A DNA stretch of 20,000 nucleotides from sequence record SRR20825019_1004; one strand, given 5' to 3'. Of this stretch, positions 17,329 to 20,000 are shown piece by piece. The notes beneath the pieces were generated by a model. It made no database searches. It worked only from the letters and a program-made list of their open reading frames with translations, and had not been told where the DNA came from. The position numbers and the translations under genes were made by a program. Within the stretch, counting starts at the first letter, position 1, and every line of letters starts with the position of its first letter.

Positions 17329-19357
17329 TTATCTGTTAATGTATATGTAGCCTGTAAGCTGTTTTGTACTACCTCCGTTGTCCTGATAATCTATCACATA
17401 AAAATATGTACCTACCGGAAGTTTATTGTCCTGATCCACGGTAACCCTTCCTTGCGAAGTACCGTCAAAGACATTTCCATTAGTGTTGTAACCCTTGGTC
17501 TGGAACACCATTACCCCCCATCTGTTGTAAATCCTTACCGTGTTGTTAGGGTAATTCGAGAGTCCTCGGATTTCCAAAACATCGTGTACTCCATCACCAT
17601 TGGGCGTAATTACATTGACTACATCTACCTCTTCTTCATCGGTGGTAAGTTCTCCTAAGTCTGGATCTAAATAATCGGGTATTCCGTTCTCATTGGCATC
17701 ATCATTGGCATAGTTTCCATCGCCATTGGTATCTTCATCCATGGTTTCGATACCATCGTCATCGTCATCCGAATCCCTGAAATCCGGTATGCCATCGCTA
17801 TCAGTATCGGGCAATGCAGTACTGGGATCATCTATTTCATCATTAACATCGATATCTATAACGGTTTCACCTTCGTAACCATCATCCAGACCATCGTTGT
17901 CCTTATCGGAGCCTATCAAGCTAACTTCTGGCATACCATCATGGTCATGGTCGTGCGCTTCTATGGCATCAGGAACATTGTCATTATCGCTATCCTCATC
18001 CACATAATCCGGAATACCATCATTATCGGAATCAATAGGAATCAATCCAATGTTACCATCAACCTCATAGGCATCATCCAATCCGTTGTTGTTTGCATCA
18101 ATCAAACTAGGTGGAATGTACCCCAATGCTGGTTGCGCCTCAATATTATCGGGAATACCGTCATTATCACTATCTATATCCAAATAATCAGGGATACCAT
18201 CACCATCTGTATCCGTTGGATTGGTTGATGGATCATTATCGTTATCGGCGTTCAAATCCTCAAAGCTGTCCACAATCCCATCATTATCACTATCCAAATC
18301 AATTCCTGATGGACTTATAATTACAGTAATAGTAGCTGTACCACAATTTCCGTTGGAATCACACACCGTATAATCGAACGAATCTGTTCCTGTAAAACCT
18401 GAGTTTGGTATATAGGTGATATCATCATCCGATGGATTCGTTGCGGTTCCGTTGTTGTTCAATACCACGGTTCCATTTGATGGATCGGTTATGCTGATTG
18501 TCCCCGAAGTAGGTATATCGTTATCGTTTGCTCTCCATGAAATTGTGGTCTGAACATCGATATCGGTAGAAACTGAATCATCGAATGCATCCACAATAGG
18601 AAGCACATCGACCGTTACCGTAGCCGTACTGCAATCGCCAAAGGAATTACAGATGGTATAGTCAAAACTATCCGGTCCATTATAATCTGGATTTGGTGTA
18701 TAGGTGACCAAATCATCATTAGGATTATTTGATGTTTCCATTATTATCAATGCTGACCATACCGTTCGATGGATTGGTCGCTGTTAAAACGCCCGTGTTT
18801 GGCAAATCGGCATCGTTGTCAAATATGGGAACAATCACGGATGTATCTTCATTGACTGTAACCAAATCATCCATCAAATTAGCAGCTTGGCTCATACATA
18901 CCACCGTAAATCGTGGAAGTTCTTTACTGTTACCGACTTTTGTGATTGTGGCAACATACCTCATTACGGTTTGTGTACTTGTAACCGTAGGTCTGGATTG
19001 GTCACCCGATAAGGCAGGAGTCCAGCTTACCGACGCTCCCGAAGGAATACTTGCTGAAATATCCAAAATTACCTGGTTGTTCGGTGCTTCGCAATCAGTT
19101 AGAATAAAATAACCTGTTGCATTGGAACCACAAAGTGTACCGTCATAGGTTGCAAAATACACCCCTGGTTGGGTGGCTTCATAAAATGAATTTGTACCCA
19201 AAACAGTGCCTGTGTCGGAAGCTTCATACCATTGATAGTTGTGTTCATCTCCAGTATCCGGCGCTTGCAACAAGAACTGGGCACTTGCCATATTCACTCC
19301 TGCAAAGAAAATGTACAGTCCAATGAATAAAGACTTATATGAGGTGTTGGATTTCAA
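17329..19357 (-). pseudogene. T9SS type-B CTD (gliding motility-associated C-terminal domain) adhesin, split by a +1 frameshift near 18735-18737 into ORFs 18725-19357 and 17329-18750
   Basis: 5' ORF: signal peptide and first half of an Ig/cadherin-like repeat. 3' ORF: rest of that repeat, a second complete repeat, ~12 DxDxDGxxD Ca-binding repeats, and the CTD (VITPNGDGVHD, IYNRWG, LPVGTYFY, GYIYINR). Removing one base gives a continuous 675-aa protein. Confidence 0.8.
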
Positions 19358-19379
19358 ATCTACTTGTCTTTATTCATTA

Positions 19380-20000
19380 TTATTTTACCACAAAAACCAC
19401 GTTTATCAATGCATTATAATCGGCTGGTTGACCAATTATATCATAGGTTAATTGACCATTGGCATCAATACTCATATTATCGAATACAGTTGGATCTGCA
19501 TAGGTTATATAATAGTACAACTCTGTTGGTCCGTATGTCGGGATTGCTGCAGGTGCCCCTGCGCTTGCGACTGCCGGTGTTCCGTATTGAGTTACATATT
19601 GAGAATATAAGTTCAAAGTTCTACCTGTTCCATTACTTGAAGCATCTATAGCAATCGAAGGCGGGTAAAAAATTCGTGCCGCTTTGGATGTAATTGGAGC
19701 AATATCTTGAATCACATCCTCTACTGTTGCCTCTGTATCTCCATCCCCATCTACATCTACTGGGGAATCTGAATTCACTTCCGATGCATCTTGATCATCT
19801 GTTGAAGGGTCTCCATTGCATATGTACTCTGTATAATCCACCTCTCCGGCTTCCAAAATACCATTGGAGTTGTCATCTATACCTACTTCAATTTTTACGC
19901 CTCCCGCAGAACAGTTGACACCAGCAGGCTCAACGGAGGTAACCACTAAGTTAGCCAGACCATCTGGGCCCTGTTCTCCAACCGGACCTTGCTCACCAAC
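19380..20000 (-). CDS. C-terminal part of a collagen-like secreted protein (5' end outside the window)
   Basis: The frame is open to the window edge: VGEQGPVGEQGPDG (Gly-X-Y), then EPAGVNCSAGGVKIEVGIDDNSNGILEAGEV (DUF7151-like, by recall), DVDGDGD, and a C-terminal RIFYPPSI...INVVFVVK domain. Confidence 0.8.
   Translation of the reverse strand, partial: VGEQGPVGEQGPDGLANLVVTSVEPAGVNCSAGGVKIEVGIDDNSNGILEAGEVDYTEYICNGDPSTDDQDASEVNSDSPVDVDGDGDTEATVEDVIQDIAPITSKAARIFYPPSIAIDASSNGTGRTLNLYSQYVTQYGTPAVASAGAPAAIPTYGPTELYYYITYADPTVFDNMSIDANGQLTYDIIGQPADYNALINVVFVVK

Noticed and set aside
17660-18300. Recurrent TCATTATC/ATACCATC DNA repeats as a possible CRISPR or DGR-type repeat
   Set aside because: Fully explained by Asp/Asn/Gly codons of the protein repeats; no constant repeat-spacer period and no cas or reverse transcriptase gene.

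Overview
A Bacteroidota (Flavobacteriaceae-type) chromosomal segment. The taxon is inferred from TAnnTTTG -7 promoters, no obvious Shine-Dalgarno sites and type IX secretion (T9SS) genes. It is mostly housekeeping, in this order: partial ABC1/UbiB-like kinase and TetR-like regulator, htpG, two membrane proteins, an ECF sigma/anti-sigma pair divergent from a small membrane protein, a MOSC protein, a small secreted protein divergent from an AraC regulator, S1/P1 nuclease, a CBM9/DUF5916 outer-membrane protein, lmo0937-like, DUF819, a DUF4369 lipoprotein, manA, a PTPS and idi. The right end is a T9SS cargo cassette (collagen-like protein, type-B CTD adhesin, PorP/SprF). Most notable: (i) an unannotated ~105-nt structured sRNA candidate between tetR and htpG; (ii) an identical 9-mer GTTTGTTTA 17-19 nt upstream of three different terminator stems; (iii) a single-base frameshift that splits the adhesin inside an Ig-like repeat; (iv) mirror-image ECF promoters, a sigma54-type htpG promoter and a 16-bp palindromic operator at the AraC locus. 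No mobile elements, CRISPR, rRNA or tRNA were seen. Family names are from recall of sequence motifs; no database searches were run.
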